A stretch of 64,000 bases of DNA from the human T2T-CHM13v2.0 reference genome, Homo sapiens: NCBI RefSeq assembly GCF_009914755.1, contig NC_060925.1, one strand, 5' to 3'. The position numbers and the translations under genes were made by a program. This document shows positions 1 through 24,478 of the stretch, one piece after another. The notes beneath the pieces are model-generated. The model saw only the letters and a program-made list of their open reading frames with translations. It was not told the origin of the DNA and made no database searches. Positions within the stretch are counted from its first letter, which is position 1. Each line of letters begins with the position of its first letter.

Positions 1-295
1 CTCATCTGGCTTTACTTTTCTTCACAGCACTTATTACTACCCAACATTATATTCTTGTCTGCAATTTTTTTGTATTTTTATTATCTGTCTTCCCTACTGG
101 TGTATAAGCTGGATGACAGCAGTGATTTTGTCTATTTAGTTCTCTCTAGAACAATGCTATCTAGAATAAGTGTTCAATAAATATTTAACATAAAATTTAT
201 GTTTCACTTTTAGAAACCTCAAACTATAGATTTCAAAAGTAGTAACCATTCCTAAAGTATCTAATTTGATTAGTCTTAATTTAAAAAATTGTTTG

Positions 296-807
<512 letters not shown>

Positions 808-879
808 GATATTTGGGAATATTTTTTGCCATGCTCTATTAGAACCACAGGTACGATTAAAAACAAAAACACTTCATTT

Positions 880-2710
<1,831 letters not shown>

Positions 2711-2808
2711 CCGTGGACATGATTCAGATTAAAGGAGGTTAAAATACATAAAAACTCCTCGTATATATGGGTTGCATGTTTGAAAATTACTTTAAAAATA
2801 AATAAACA

Positions 2809-3115
2809 GGCCGGGCGCGGTGACTCATGCCTGTAATCCCAACACTTGGGGAGGCTGAGGCGGGCAGATCACAAGGTCAGGAGATCGAGACCATCCTGGC
2901 TAACATGGTGAAACCCCGTCTCTACTAAAAAATACAAAAGATTAGCTGGGCATGGTAGCGGGCGCCTGTAGTCCCAGCTACTGGGGAGGCTGAGGCAGGA
3001 GAATGGCCGCCAGGAGGCAGAGCTTGCAGTGAGCCAAGATCGCGCCACTGCACTCCAGCCTAGGTGACAGAGCAAGACTCTGTCTCAAAATAAATAAATA
3101 AATACATAAATACAA
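2809..3115 (+). mobile_element. Alu (AluY/Sc-like)
   Basis: CCATCCTGGCTAAC and GAGCTTGCAG diagnostics, (TAAA)n tail. Confidence 0.9.
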
Positions 3116-3301
3116 ATATAAAAAACAAATAAAAGACATAAAGAGGTAGCGCTGATCGTTATGAAATTGTTTCTTTCTCATTTATTTTATTAGCTGAGGG
3201 GTTAAGAAGATACTAAGAATACTATAGTTACAAAAATTGAAATGTTTTGTTCACAGATATTCTCAATTATTGACTAACACAAAGGGACACAAAAAGCATA
3301 C

Positions 3302-3469
3302 CTGCAACTGCGAACACTGGGGAATTTTCCTTCGAGGTGGAGTCAGGATAAATGAACTCTGCTTCCTGACCGATTCTAATCGTTTCTGCAGAGGAGTGGC
3401 ACCTATAAAGTAATCTTCAGGTCTTGAGGATGCACTAGGAGTTGACTCTGGTGCACTGTAAGAATCCAT
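3302..3469 (-). CDS. CENPL: Centromere protein L, first coding exon (56 codons; exon spans 3476-3302; rest of gene lies left of the window)
   Basis: MDSYSAPESTPSASSRPEDYFIGATPLQKRLESVRKQSSFILTPPRRKIPQCSQLQ; ACCATGG Kozak; acceptor GCAG before 3476, donor CAG|GTATG after 3302. Confidence 0.93.
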
Positions 3470-4881
3470 GGTCTGTCTGCATAAGAAGAAACAAAACCAG
3501 AATTCTAAGCACTAAAAAGTTAATTCATGCTTACAGTTTCACTGATTCCTCACTCTAAAGGAATCCTTTCTCTTTCTGTCTTTTCCCCTCCCTATCCCCA
3601 GTTTTGACTTTTAAACCAAGTCCTATATTCCTCATTGGCTATAGCCCACTTTTATGTATATCTTACAGATACCTCAAAAACAGTATATGTTCAAAACTAA
3701 ATTCAACTTCTTTTCCTCCTTCAAAAAGCTAACTGATCCATTTTCAAATTCCTGTCAATTTGCTAAGTTAACTTAAATTCATGTAGTCCCCCACCTTCAT
3801 TCTTTAACACATAGTCATTAAGCACATTCTACTGAATTTTTCTGTCAAGAATCTGTCGAATCCAGTTCCAAGATGGCTGAATAGGAACAGCTCCGGTCTG
3901 CAGCTCCCAGCATGATCGATGCAGAAGACAGGTGATTTCTGCATTTCCAACTGAGGTAACTGGTTCATCTCACTGGGACTGGCTGGACAGTGGGTGCAGC
4001 CCATGGAGGGTGAGCCAAAACAGGGTGGGGCATTGCCCCACCTGGGAAGCGCAAGGGGTCCAGGGATTTCCCTTTCCTAGCCAAGGGAAGCCATGACAGA
4101 CTGTACCTGGGAAAATGGGACACTCCCACCCAAATATTGCACTTTTCCATATGGCCCTGGCAACCGGCAGACTAGGAGATTCTCTCCCGTGCCTGGCTTG
4201 GTGGGTCCCACACCCATAGAGCCTTGCTCACTGCTAGCCCAGCAGCCTGAGATTGACCTGCGAGACAGCAGCCTCGTGGTGGGGAGGGGCGTCCGCCATT
4301 GCTGAGGCTTGAGTAGGTAAACAAAGTGGCCATGAAGCTCAAACTGGGCGAAGCCCACCACAGCTCAGCAAGGCCTACTGCCTCTATAGACTCCACCTCT
4401 GTGGGCAGGGCATAGCTGAACAAAAGGCAGCAGAAACGTCTGCAGACTTAAACATCCCTGTCTGACAGCTCTGAAGAGAGCAGTGGTTCTCCCAGCATGG
4501 CATTTGAGCACTAAGAACAGACAGACTGCCTCCTCAAGTGGGTCCCTGACCCCCGTGTAGCCTAATTGGGAGACACCTCCCAGTAGGGGCCGACTGACAC
4601 CTCACACAGGCAGGTGCCACTATGGGACGAAGCTTCCAGAGGAAGGATCAGGCAGCAATGTTTGCTGTTCTGCAGCCTCTGCTGGTGATACCCAGGCAAA
4701 CAGAGTCTGGAGTGGACCTCCAGCAAACTCCAACAGACCTGTAGTCTAGGGACCTGACTGACAGAAGGAAAACTAACAAACAGAAAGGAATAGCATCAAC
4801 ATCAACAAAAAGGACATCCACACCAAAACCCCATCTGTAGGTCACCAACATCAAACACCAAAGGTAGATAAAACCACAAAA

Positions 4882-5904
4882 ATGGGGAGAAACCAGAGCA
4901 GAAAAGCTGATAATTCTAAAAACCAGAGGGCCTCTTCTCCAAAGGATCACAGCCCCTCGCCAGCAACGGAACAAAGCTGGATGGAGAATGGCTTTGATGA
5001 GTTGACAGAAGTAGGCTTCAGAAGGTCGGTAATAACAACCTTCTCAGAGCTAAAGGAGCATGTTGTAACCCATCGCAAGGAAGCTAAAAATCTTGAAAAA
5101 AGGTTAGATGAATGGCTAACTAGAATAAACAGTGTAGAGAAGAACTTAAATGACCTGATGGAGCTGAAAACCATGGCACAAGAACTTCATGATGCATGCA
5201 CAAGCTTCAATAGCCAATTCAATCAAGTGGAAGAAAGGATATCAGTGACTGAAGATCAAATTAACGAAATAAAGCGAGAAGACAAAGTTAGAGAAAAAAG
5301 AGTAAAAAGAAATGAACAAAGGCTCCAAGAAATATGGGACTATGTGAAAATACCAAATGTACGTTTGATTGGTGTACCTGAAAGTGACGGGGAGAATGGA
5401 ACCAAGTTGGAAAACACTCTGCAGGATATTATCCAGGAGAACTTCCCCAACCTAGCAAGGCAGGCCAACATTCAAATTCAGGAAATACACAGAACACCAC
5501 AAAGATACTCCTCAAGAAGAGCAACCCCAAGACACGTAATTGTCAGATTCACCAAGGTTGAAATGAAGGAAAAAATGTTAAGGGCAGCCAGAGAGAAAGG
5601 TCGGGTTACCCACAAAGGGAAGCCCATCAGGCTAACAGCGGATCTCTCGGCAGAAACTCTACAAGCCAGAAGACAGTGGGGGCCAATATTCAACATTCTT
5701 AAAGAAAAGAATTTTCAACCCAGAATTTCATATCCAGCCAAACTAAGCTTCATAAGTGAAGGAGAAATAAAATCCTTTACAGACAAGCAAATGCTAAGAG
5801 ATTTTGTCACCACGAGGCCTGCCTTACAAGAGCTCCTGAAGGAAGCACTAAACATGGAAAGGAACAATCAGTACCAGCCACTGCAAAAACACGCGAAATT
5901 GTAA
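4882..5904 (+). CDS. L1 ORF1p, uninterrupted 340 aa
   Basis: Coiled-coil, RRM and CTD regions present; REKG, ARR and YPAKLS motifs retained. Confidence 0.9.
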   Translation: MGRNQSRKADNSKNQRASSPKDHSPSPATEQSWMENGFDELTEVGFRRSVITTFSELKEHVVTHRKEAKNLEKRLDEWLTRINSVEKNLNDLMELKTMAQELHDACTSFNSQFNQVEERISVTEDQINEIKREDKVREKRVKRNEQRLQEIWDYVKIPNVRLIGVPESDGENGTKLENTLQDIIQENFPNLARQANIQIQEIHRTPQRYSSRRATPRHVIVRFTKVEMKEKMLRAAREKGRVTHKGKPIRLTADLSAETLQARRQWGPIFNILKEKNFQPRISYPAKLSFISEGEIKSFTDKQMLRDFVTTRPALQELLKEALNMERNNQYQPLQKHAKL

Positions 5905-5967
5905 AGATCATCAATGCTAGGAAGAAACTGCATCAACTAACGGGCAAAATAACCAGCTAACATCATA

Positions 5968-10119
<4,152 letters not shown>

Positions 10120-11122
10120 TCAATGAGAACAATTGGACACAGGGCGGGGAATATCACATACCGGGGCCTGTCGAGGGGTCAGTGGCTGGGGGAGGGATAG
10201 CATTAGGAGAAATACCTAATGTAAATGATGAGTTGATGGCTGCAGCAAACCAACATGGCACATGTATACCTATGTAACAAACCTGCACATTTTGCACATG
10301 TACCCTAGAACTTAAAGTATAATTTAAAAAATAAAATAAATTTTTTAAAAATGTTAAAAAAAAAATCTGTCATCCCTTCACAAAGCTAATTCCTTAGCCA
10401 CAACTAAGAGTTCTCCGTATCCAGAGTAATCCATTCTTCCAAAAATAGCACTTTATTTTATCTATGCAAAAACCTTTACAGTAACAAGACAAATCCTAAA
10501 CTCTTCTGCTGGGTTTAAGGTCTTTCTAATTCAGCTTCTCTTTATTTTCCTAATTCTCCTCTCCAACCTGGGACATAAACATATTCTTATCTTCATGTGT
10601 TTGCTTCTCAACTGCATTTCCTATCTTAAGCGTCCTTTTCCCATCTCACCTCCTTTAAGACCATGCTAGAAATTTGATCTCCTTTCAAACTAGGGTGTTT
10701 TTAACCTTTTGGTCCTGAAATACCTATGGCATACATTTTTATCTGTTATCTGTTATCAGTGGCTCATTCCTGGAAGCAGAGTATGCATGTGTGTGTGTGT
10801 GCTGAATGAGCTCTCATCTCTAAATAAGTCTGAAAAAATCCCTCAAGAATGTTCTACAAAATCCTTGGAGATATACCAGCACACATAGCTTTCCTCAATC
10901 ACCCAGTCTGTACCACTCATTTTAGCCCCTGTTCATATACTTCCTTGTACCATTTTTCAGTGTGTATTTCTTGTACCCTCAGTAAAACTAAGCTACTGTC
11001 ACTGAAACCATGCTTTATATTTCTCTTGTATAATTACCCAAATACAAGGCTGAGTGTCCTTTAATTGTTAAACAAGTATTGGTTCAATTAAACGGAAGTA
11101 TTTCATAGAACTTCCAAATTAG

Positions 11123-12178
<1,056 letters not shown>

Positions 12179-12200
12179 TAGTATTATATTTAAAATAGCA

Positions 12201-12416
12201 CAGGTTGAGCATCCCTTACCCAAAATGCTTGGGATCAAAAGTGTTTTTGAATTTCAGATTTTCTCAAATTTGGGAATATTTGTATCACACTGGTCAAGCA
12301 TCCTTAATCCAAAAATCTGAAATCCAAAATGCTCCAGTGAACATTTCCTTCCAGCATCATGTCAGTGCTCAAAAAGATTCACGTTATGGGGTATTTCAGA
12401 CTTCAGATTTAACCTG
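12201..12416. mobile_element. Tigger4/MER46-like non-autonomous DNA transposon
   Basis: Termini CAGGTTGAGCATCC ... TTTAACCTG followed by TA; AAAATCTGAAATCCAAAATGCTCCA core. Confidence 0.6.
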
Positions 12417-14912
12417 TAACTTCTATTTCAATATGTTAGACTAGGACACCATTTATATCTTGCACAAAACTCCACAAATTAAACATGTAGTCCTAGCATG
12501 GACAACACAGCAAGACCCCATCTTTCAAAAAAAAAAAAGGAATTAGCCTGGCATGATGGTAGTCGTAGCCACTCCAGAGGCTGAGGCAGGAGGAGTGCTT
12601 GAGCCCAGGAGTTTGAGGCTGCAGTGAGCTATGATCACACCACTGCACTTTAGTCTGAGCAAGAGTGAGACCCTCTCTAATTAATAAATAAATAAATACA
12701 TAAACTAAACATGTAGCATTATTTGTCCTTAAAGCTCAAATAATGTCCAGAGCAAGTTCATATACCACACAATTTATTTATTTATTTTTAGAAATGTTCA
12801 TAGTAGCTTTATTCATAATAGCCAAAAATTGAAAACAACTCAGTGGGTGAATGATAAATAAACTGTGGTACATCCACACCATGTAATAGTACTCAGCAAT
12901 GAAAAGAAACAAATTATTGATACATGCAACAACTTGGATGTTAAAGCCAATCCAAAAAGGTCACATATAAAATTTCATACATTTAACATTTTTAAAATGA
13001 CAAAGTTAAAGGAATGAAAACAGATGAGTGGCTGACAGAGATCAGGGAAAGGGAAGAGGGTGGGAGGGACATAAATGTGACTATAAAAAGGCAACACAAG
13101 AATTCCTTGTGGTGATGGAACTGTATCTTGACTGTAGTGAATACATGACTCTACACCAGACACCACACAATTTAAATAGCAGCTATTCTAAAGCATCCTA
13201 GCTTTAAATGCATATTGAATTACCTATTTCAAAGGGAATTTTAATCAATCCTACTTAGACAGAATGTTTCCTTCAAATTTGTTACTTGGTACAATAATTG
13301 CTAACACTTATTGAGCATTCATCATGTTTCAGGTACTCTTCTAAGCCCTTTATAAATATTTTCTCATTTAATCTTCAAACAACCCCATGAAGTAGATCAT
13401 GCTCCCAGCTAACAAATAGGAAATCAGACAAGTTAAGTAACTTGCCAAAGTCAACAAGTTAGAGTGGAAGAGTCAGGATTTGAATCCAGACAGTCTAACT
13501 CTGCAATGAGTGCACTTAGCTACTTCTTTCACGTTGCCTTTTAAACAGGGATCAATTATGAGGCAACATAAGCCCTGCTGAATTTGACTCCTTAAAAGAG
13601 AAATGCTATGAATCCCAAAAAGATTTTAAAGTCTAGGTGACTTTAAAAAGTCTAGCAATAAATGTAGGTGAGAAAAAGACTATCAGCACTAAGAGGGATG
13701 GTTTTGAAAAAACATGTCAATTGTGTATTTAATGTTAACGTAAAATAGCCCAATCCACGAATTAAAGATTAGCAAATGATTTATACTTATTTTACCTTCT
13801 CATCTCACACTCAAGAATGTGTAATTTTTGCCCAGCACAATAATCCAGAGGTTATAAATATACCTTGACTCAATATATTACTGTCCCAATACTCTTCCTT
13901 CCAATCGGAAGCAAAGAGGTCCTCTTACTTGTATCTCCCCTGGACACCATCTCCTTTGTGTACTTCAGCCTTTTTTTTTTTTTTTTTTTTTTGAGACAGG
14001 GTCTCACTCTGTTGTCCAGGCTGGAGTGCAGTGGCCTGATATCACTGCAGCCTCCACCTGCTGGGCTCAGGCGATCCTCCCACCTCAGCCTCTCGAGTAG
14101 CTGGGACTACAAGCGTGCACCACCACAACCAGGCTGTACTTCACATCTCTATCATCTTTAATCACTCCTATACAGGATCCTTTTCTTTCACTGCCAAGCA
14201 TATTCTAGTATTTCTAACATTAAAAATTTGTGTTTAAATCCAATTCGTCTCATTCCTTCTGAGACCAATCTCCTGGAAACGTCGTCTACACCTATTGCCT
14301 CCAGTTACTAATAAATATTTTACTAGAAATCTTCAGCAATCTCTTTCTTCCATCTATCACTACAAAGAAACTGTACTTTCGAAGATCATTGTTTTTGCCA
14401 AAACCATGGCCAAATACTTTGTTCATCAAGTTTGTTCATCCTTACTCCTCTAAACTTTCTGGGACCTTGTTTCCTCTGACATTCCATTTTTTAGGGGCTT
14501 TTCTCCTCCTTACTTTTTATAGTTCCAATTTATTTACTGATTCTTTTTTTTTCCTCATGTTCCAATAGTAGGTGGCCCCAGATTCTGAAAATCATTCATT
14601 CTACATAGGAAAATAATCATTCTATATGACTCCTAAATCTCTGTCTTCAGACCATTACAGCTGCAACCCAGTCCTGCATTTCCAACCTCCGTCAAACTCA
14701 TTAAGTTCAAAACTAATCATCGCTTCACATCTTATTCAATCTTTCTTTGCCAACTACTGTACTCTGTTTTGCTCAGTAATAATTCCATTCTTCCTTTTCA
14801 TTTTCTTTCCCCACTAAAAAAACTTTCATCATCTTTTACTCTTCCTTCAACATCACCTTTACATCTAAAAAGTTAACTTTGTTAACTTTATCATCAAATT
14901 CTCACATATTTC

Positions 14913-15202
<290 letters not shown>

Positions 15203-16089
15203 CTGACATATTTCTTAAAAAGATATACACTTGTCCTCTTAGATGTGGGCTTCACTTTCATTCTCAATTATAGCTACTTATCTTGTTCCCAATCTTAGCC
15301 CCTTTCCCTAATCCATCATCAGTCTTTCATTGTCACCACTTTTATCATTACCTTGCTTGAGATCCCATAACAGTTCCCACACATCTATATGAAGTCAAAT
15401 CAGAATTCCTGTCTGGCTTTCAAGGCACTACTGTATTTGATCTTATTATCTGATCCTATCCAGGTTCATTTTCTACTACTTCAGTTCTTCCCCAAGATCC
15501 ATCGACATTAGCCTTTCCAAAATCCAACATTCTGCATACACTTCCTCTAAGGTTTTGTATACAACATTGGGGGGTGGGGGGATGGGAGTGAAGAAAGTTC
15601 CAGTAGACAATTCTTTAAGAGGTTAAATGACAGCCCTATACCCAAACATGCACCCCCTACTCTAGACAGATGATCACTCTACTGTTCTCCCTGCCTTTTT
15701 ATTCACCTTATCGCCAATTAAAAACACTTCTCTACTCCCGTTTGTCTCAGTAAATCTTATCCATTTTCCATGTGCCATCTCCTCAGAAGTTTTCCTGAGC
15801 TTGGCAGGGCTAGTTCTCTTGACAATTCCACTTGCAGTTGTGGTTCACAGCACACAAGTAAAGCTTTGTTGTTTCTCTTGTGATTAGTCCGTGAAGGGGC
15901 TCTGACTTGATCACTTTTCTACATTGCCACCAATAGCTAAATCCAACCGCCCCAATGCCAATACTTAGCCAGTGTTAAGCACGTAGTGTTTAAACACACC
16001 TCAACACGCAAGTATTGTAAGATAATGACCACACAACAGGGCAAATACAAAGTTAAAGCAGGTCCGGGACCAATACAAAGCATCTTTAC

Positions 16090-16183
16090 CAATAAAATGC
16101 CGTGATGACGCTGTCACCCATTCCGGATTCACGAATCATTCTTCAAAAGTCCGGCTCCAAAACTATGTGGAGACTGAAATCCC
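16090..16183 (-). other. CENPL: CENPL non-coding 5'UTR exon (94 nt)
   Basis: Minus strand: T-tract+CTTCAG acceptor and TTG|GTAAAG donor, between the promoter and the ATG exon. Confidence 0.72.
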
Positions 16184-16299
16184 CTGAAGAAAAAAAAAAA
16201 AAACCGCCAAAATGACAGCTAAGACAGAGGCCAGACTAACCCCTGGCCCTCCCAAATTCCCTCTCGCTCCACAAGTGGGTTCACAAGAGACACAAACGC

Positions 16300-17922
<1,623 letters not shown>

Positions 17923-18097
17923 TTTTCCCCTGTTCTTAACTGGATAGCCTTATGTGTAGAAGCAGATAATTCACTCTCATTATATTCATTATACGGCAGT
18001 TTTTTTTCCCTGAGTTTTTAGAAAGACCACAAAAAGGTAACCACGTAATATATAGAATACTCTGCTTTTGGTTGATGCCTTAAAAAAATCCTTCTTC

Positions 18098-18478
<381 letters not shown>

Positions 18479-18803
18479 CTACACCGTCCATTTCTGCAGT
18501 TTCTAAAATCCTATTTCATTTGAGGAAGAAATGTGCAATATTAAGAATTGGGTAATTAGGATTTTAGGTCAATGCAAATGCTAGAAGATCAAAAAAATTT
18601 TGATTTCCTAACACAAGACAGAAATTTACATTCAGTTATTCACTTGGCTTTTGACACATTTGCAGGTAAATTTAATAGTGAATGAATTAAATTACATACT
18701 CTGACTTATTTTATTTTATAAATTTCCCCTGTAGCCCTGACATACCTAAGATATATTTTGAGAATTTTCATTTTTAAGCAACCTGCAAGTGATGTATTTT
18801 TAA

Positions 18804-18944
<141 letters not shown>

Positions 18945-19509
18945 TAAATTGAGAAAGACAGTCTAAGAATGCATGGTGGTGGTTTTCCCAGGGCAATTCC
19001 AAACCTTTACTAATTTACAACCAGTCCGAAGAATAAAACGTTTTGCAACTCCTGCAGGATTAAGAACTTACTGAATTTTCAACTTTGTTTTAGTTTTGAA
19101 AGACCCAAGTGTCATTCTCAGTAGACATTTTGAAAGACCCAAATGTCATTCTCAGTAGGTACATCTCAGTAACATCTGTTGAAGGGTATAACAACGAAGC
19201 TTGATCCACCAGTGGACTGAAATGATACTGGGCTTACTAAGACTGAAGAGTTCCTATAACCAGTAATTAAAAATGGGCCAGCCTCCTATAAACCAGCTGT
19301 TAAACTCCAATAGCATGGGGGAAAAGCTCATCTTATTCCATGTAGGTAGAGAAGAAGCCTAGAAACATAAACAGTGATTCCTTAAGATCAGAGCCCATTT
19401 TTTGTTGTTGTTCATCTCTCTATTCCAGAACATGCCTGAATAGAACATTAATTCACATGGAAGAGATTCAAAATACATAGGTTATATGACCTTCTTAAAG
19501 AATATGTCC

Positions 19510-19803
19510 CAGCCTGGCGTGTAAGCCTGTAATCCCAGCACTTTGGGAGGCCGAGGCGGGCGGATCACGAGGTTAGGAGTTCGAGACCAGCCCAGCCAAT
19601 ATGATGAAACCCCGTCTCTACTAAAAATACAAAAAAAGTTCGCCAGGCGGGGTGATGCTCGTCTGTAATTCTAGCTACTCAGGAGGCTGAGGAAGGAGAA
19701 TTGCTTGAACCCAGAAGGCAGAGGTTGCAGTGAGCTGAGATTGCGCCACTGCACTCCACTCTGGGCAACAGAACGAGACTCCGTCTCAGGAAAAAAAAAA
19801 AAG
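19510..19803 (+). mobile_element. Alu
   Basis: Alu consensus. Confidence 0.9.
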
Positions 19804-20355
19804 TTTGTCCCAAGTAGGTGGATATTTTTCCCATAAGTTTAGTGACTGTTTCCTGAACCCAAATCTGAAGAGGGTTTCTGTACCTGTTCCTGATGCTGAG
19901 GATAGTATGAGAAATAGAGGTTGGATGTTAAAATGTTGGCATTTCTGGGACCTTTTGATGATTCATAGAGGTATTAAATTAGTAGTTGGAACTCTTCCAG
20001 AAAATGTTAGATTGTATCTTTTTTTAGAAAAAGACTATATTGCTATATTTCAAAAATGATCCATCAGATGTTTCTATTATGCTAAAATACTATCTTTGGA
20101 TTTTACTATATGCAAAGTTTCCAAATTTAATAAAATTTTCTTAAAAGGACTTAAGCCAATGAAATTTCTTTTAATTGTTCATCTATAATAATTTTTCATT
20201 AATAAGCCATCTGTATAAGATTAATATACCAGGTAAGTAGACAATAAAAATTGAAACTGAAATAAAAAACAATCTTTTTTTTGGCAATGAGCTACATAGA
20301 TAACAATTGCATGAATGTAACTAATGAAGGTACATAATTATCATAAAAAACATGA

Positions 20356-20616
<261 letters not shown>

Positions 20617-21361
20617 TAAGTAGTTAGATGAATATGTTAGAGGTTTTAAATTCAGAAGTTTATTGTTAATGAAAACTGAAAAATATAAGCAATGTTAAGA
20701 CATAGCAAAAAGACCAGTGACCCAGTAGAATTAGGAACCCAGGATACGAACAAAAAATTTAGAGGAAAAAAATATATAAATGGCTTGTAGACATAATGAA
20801 AGTATGCCCAGCCTCACTCATAGGTAGAGAAATGTGAATTGAAACTGCATGTAATTGTCATTTTTAACACATTAGATTGACAACACACTGTGTTTGGGAA
20901 AGCAGGTGCTCAATACCTGGAGGGAGTACAAATTGGCACTAGCTGAAGGGAGAGCAATTTGGCAATATCAAAACTATAAATGCATATATCCTTTGAGCCA
21001 TTAATTTCACTTCTGGTAAATTATCTTATATCTAGACTTATACAGATATAAAATGACATATGTACAAGGATATTCATTTCAGGATTCTTTTTAACGGAAA
21101 AAAATTGGGAACCACCCAGATGTCCTCCAATAAGAGACTGGCTTAAAAAATAATGTATATTCTTACAATACAATACTCTACTCAGCCGTACAAAAAAGAA
21201 TGAAGAAGTTCTATTCTAATAGGGAAAAAAAAATCCAAGGAATACTGTTAAGTGAAGAACCCTGTATTCTTGAGTATACAAAAGAGCAGCTGTTAAACTC
21301 CAGCACTCTAAGTGCTGTCATCTGTATAAAAACTGGGGGAAGGATGCAGAATATACATTCA

Positions 21362-21389
21362 GTGTGTGTGTGTGTGTGTGTGTGTGTGT
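21362..21389. repeat. (GT)14 microsatellite in an old L1M-like tract
   Basis: Perfect dinucleotide run. Confidence 0.95.
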
Positions 21390-21656
21390 ATTTGCTTGTA
21401 TATATGTTAGGAAATGTCTCTGGAAGGATACCTAAGTATCTGGTAACATTAGGTGCTGCTGGGGGAAGGAACTGAGGGCGTTGAAAACAAGGATAGGAGG
21501 GAAGCTTTTTACTATATCTTTTTGTACCCCTTGAATTTGAAGCCATGTGACGGTATTACTGCTCAAAAAAGTATTTAATTTAATTACCATTGAAATTAGA
21601 TAAAATATGACAGAGTGATATTCTGAAAAAAAAATTTTTTTAATTAAAAAATTCAA

Positions 21657-22251
<595 letters not shown>

Positions 22252-22818
22252 TTAAAATTAAAGAATTAGATAAAATAAAGAACTTCCATCATACTTACTG
22301 GGCAAAGTTGGTTTCTATTGCAATTTTTACTAACGCTTGTATGCCTAAGAAAAATATTATTTATTCAGCTCTTAAGTTTTGAAATAAATAAAGAGCAATG
22401 AATTATCTTTTAGGGATCAACATCCAGAGATGAGTATAGCTAACCCTGGAGAACTCCTTTGACTCTGACCCATTATTGCTATGGGATTTAACTGCCCCTA
22501 AGACTAACCCTGGAGACAATTGCTTTTCAAGTATGTGGGACTTGTTTGCACTAATAATAGTCATTCTTACCCTTATTTTCCTTTAAGGAAAGTTTTTTTA
22601 AAGCTCTTAACTAATAGTTTTACTTGCTGTATTATATAGAGTCAAAATGGGGATGCAGTTTTTACTAAATTTGGTAATAAAGTCATTAAGGAGCAGCCCC
22701 AGCCTTTATGGTAATTAAGCTGTGACTATTAACGTTTTTTAAACCATCTACTTATAATTACTGAAGATTCCTGTAAGTTCATTTGTTTCTCAGAACTCTT
22801 TTCCCCCTTGTTCTGTAG

Positions 22819-22998
<180 letters not shown>

Positions 22999-23025
22999 TG
23001 ACTGGACATTAGGCACTAAAGTTGA

Positions 23026-23310
<285 letters not shown>

Positions 23311-23693
23311 TGATCTGCCCATCTCAGCCTCCCAAAGTGCCAGGATTACAGGCGTGAGCCACCGTGCCTGGCCCTTTTTTTTTTTTTTTCAGGACGGGTC
23401 TTGCAGTATTACCCAGGCTGGTCTTGAACTCCTGGGCTTAAGTGATCCTCCTGTCTCAGCCTCCCAAGTATCAGACTGCAAGGATATGCCATGACATTTG
23501 TTGATATCTGAACACATCAGCCACATATGCATAAGAATGTCAAAATCATGCACAGACATGTATGTTTTATACTATACACTATAAGGACTTTGCACATTTT
23601 ACATATGTAAATAAATGCATAGATTCTACAAATGTGTATTTTGTGTATATCCTGATGAGTAATTTTTAAAACCCTTCCTTCTCACTCTCCAAG

Positions 23694-23789
23694 AAAATGC
23701 CAACAGGTGAGATTGAAATCAAAGTTAAAACAGCTGAGCTTCTGAATGCCTGCAAGAAGCTGCCCTTTGAAATTAAGAACTTCGTGAAG
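23694..23789 (+). CDS. DARS2: DARS2 exon 5 (96 nt)
   Basis: [32 protein letters not shown]. Confidence 0.96.
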
Positions 23790-24355
23790 GTACCAACCTC
23801 TGTTATTAATAAAATAGAGTATCTAGAAAATGTTGATGACTAGTCAAGTATTTTCAGAGTTTTTTAAAGAAAAGTTTAACTTCTACAAAATTAAGCATTT
23901 TATTGTAGACACATCATGAAGTGTTCTCTTAGTTCTACAACTTCTTGGCACACTGTCCTGAAATAATGACAGTTCAGTAAACTGTTGCAGTCCCTAAATA
24001 CCTAGACTGTTTTTTCAGACAGATTAAAATGTGATTCTCTCTTTAAAACTTGAGGTGTTATATTATTCAAGTTTTTCGTTGCTATTGTTTAACATTTGAA
24101 AGGAAATTTATGTCTAGCTTAGAAATGGCCAGATGGGACAGGGGATCCTGTATCTATTAAGTGATAAAATGTGTGCTTAGAGCAACGCTTGACCTCCCAA
24201 GCATATAAATATAAATAGGATTACCATAATTTAGAATGTTCTTTGCCAAAGTTTAAGGGCTTGATGGAGCTGTACACTCATATGATTTTCAGCTTTGTCA
24301 CAGTTTATAGACTTATATATTCCTAATTTTTAAACTGATCTATTAACAGATTTTT

Positions 24356-24478
24356 AATTAGTCTTAATTAATTAGTCTTACATTTAAGTTCATGGCCAAT
24401 TAGTCTTACATTTAAGTTCTCAATACTTACGTTTAAGTTCATGGCCAATTGGTCTTACATTTAAGTTCTCAATACTTA
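24356..24478. repeat. Compound tandem repeat, 49-nt period built of 28- and 21-nt subunits
   Basis: CTTACATTTAAGTTC core four times. Confidence 0.9.

Noticed and set aside
4077-4361. Possible intact L1 ORF0
   Set aside because: The ORF0-like ATG (4299) reaches TAG after 21 codons; the ORF0-homologous peptide lies in another frame, so it is frameshifted.
24356-24478. CRISPR-like repeat-spacer pattern
   Set aside because: The spacers themselves repeat (ABAB), the context is a eukaryotic intron, and there are no cas genes.
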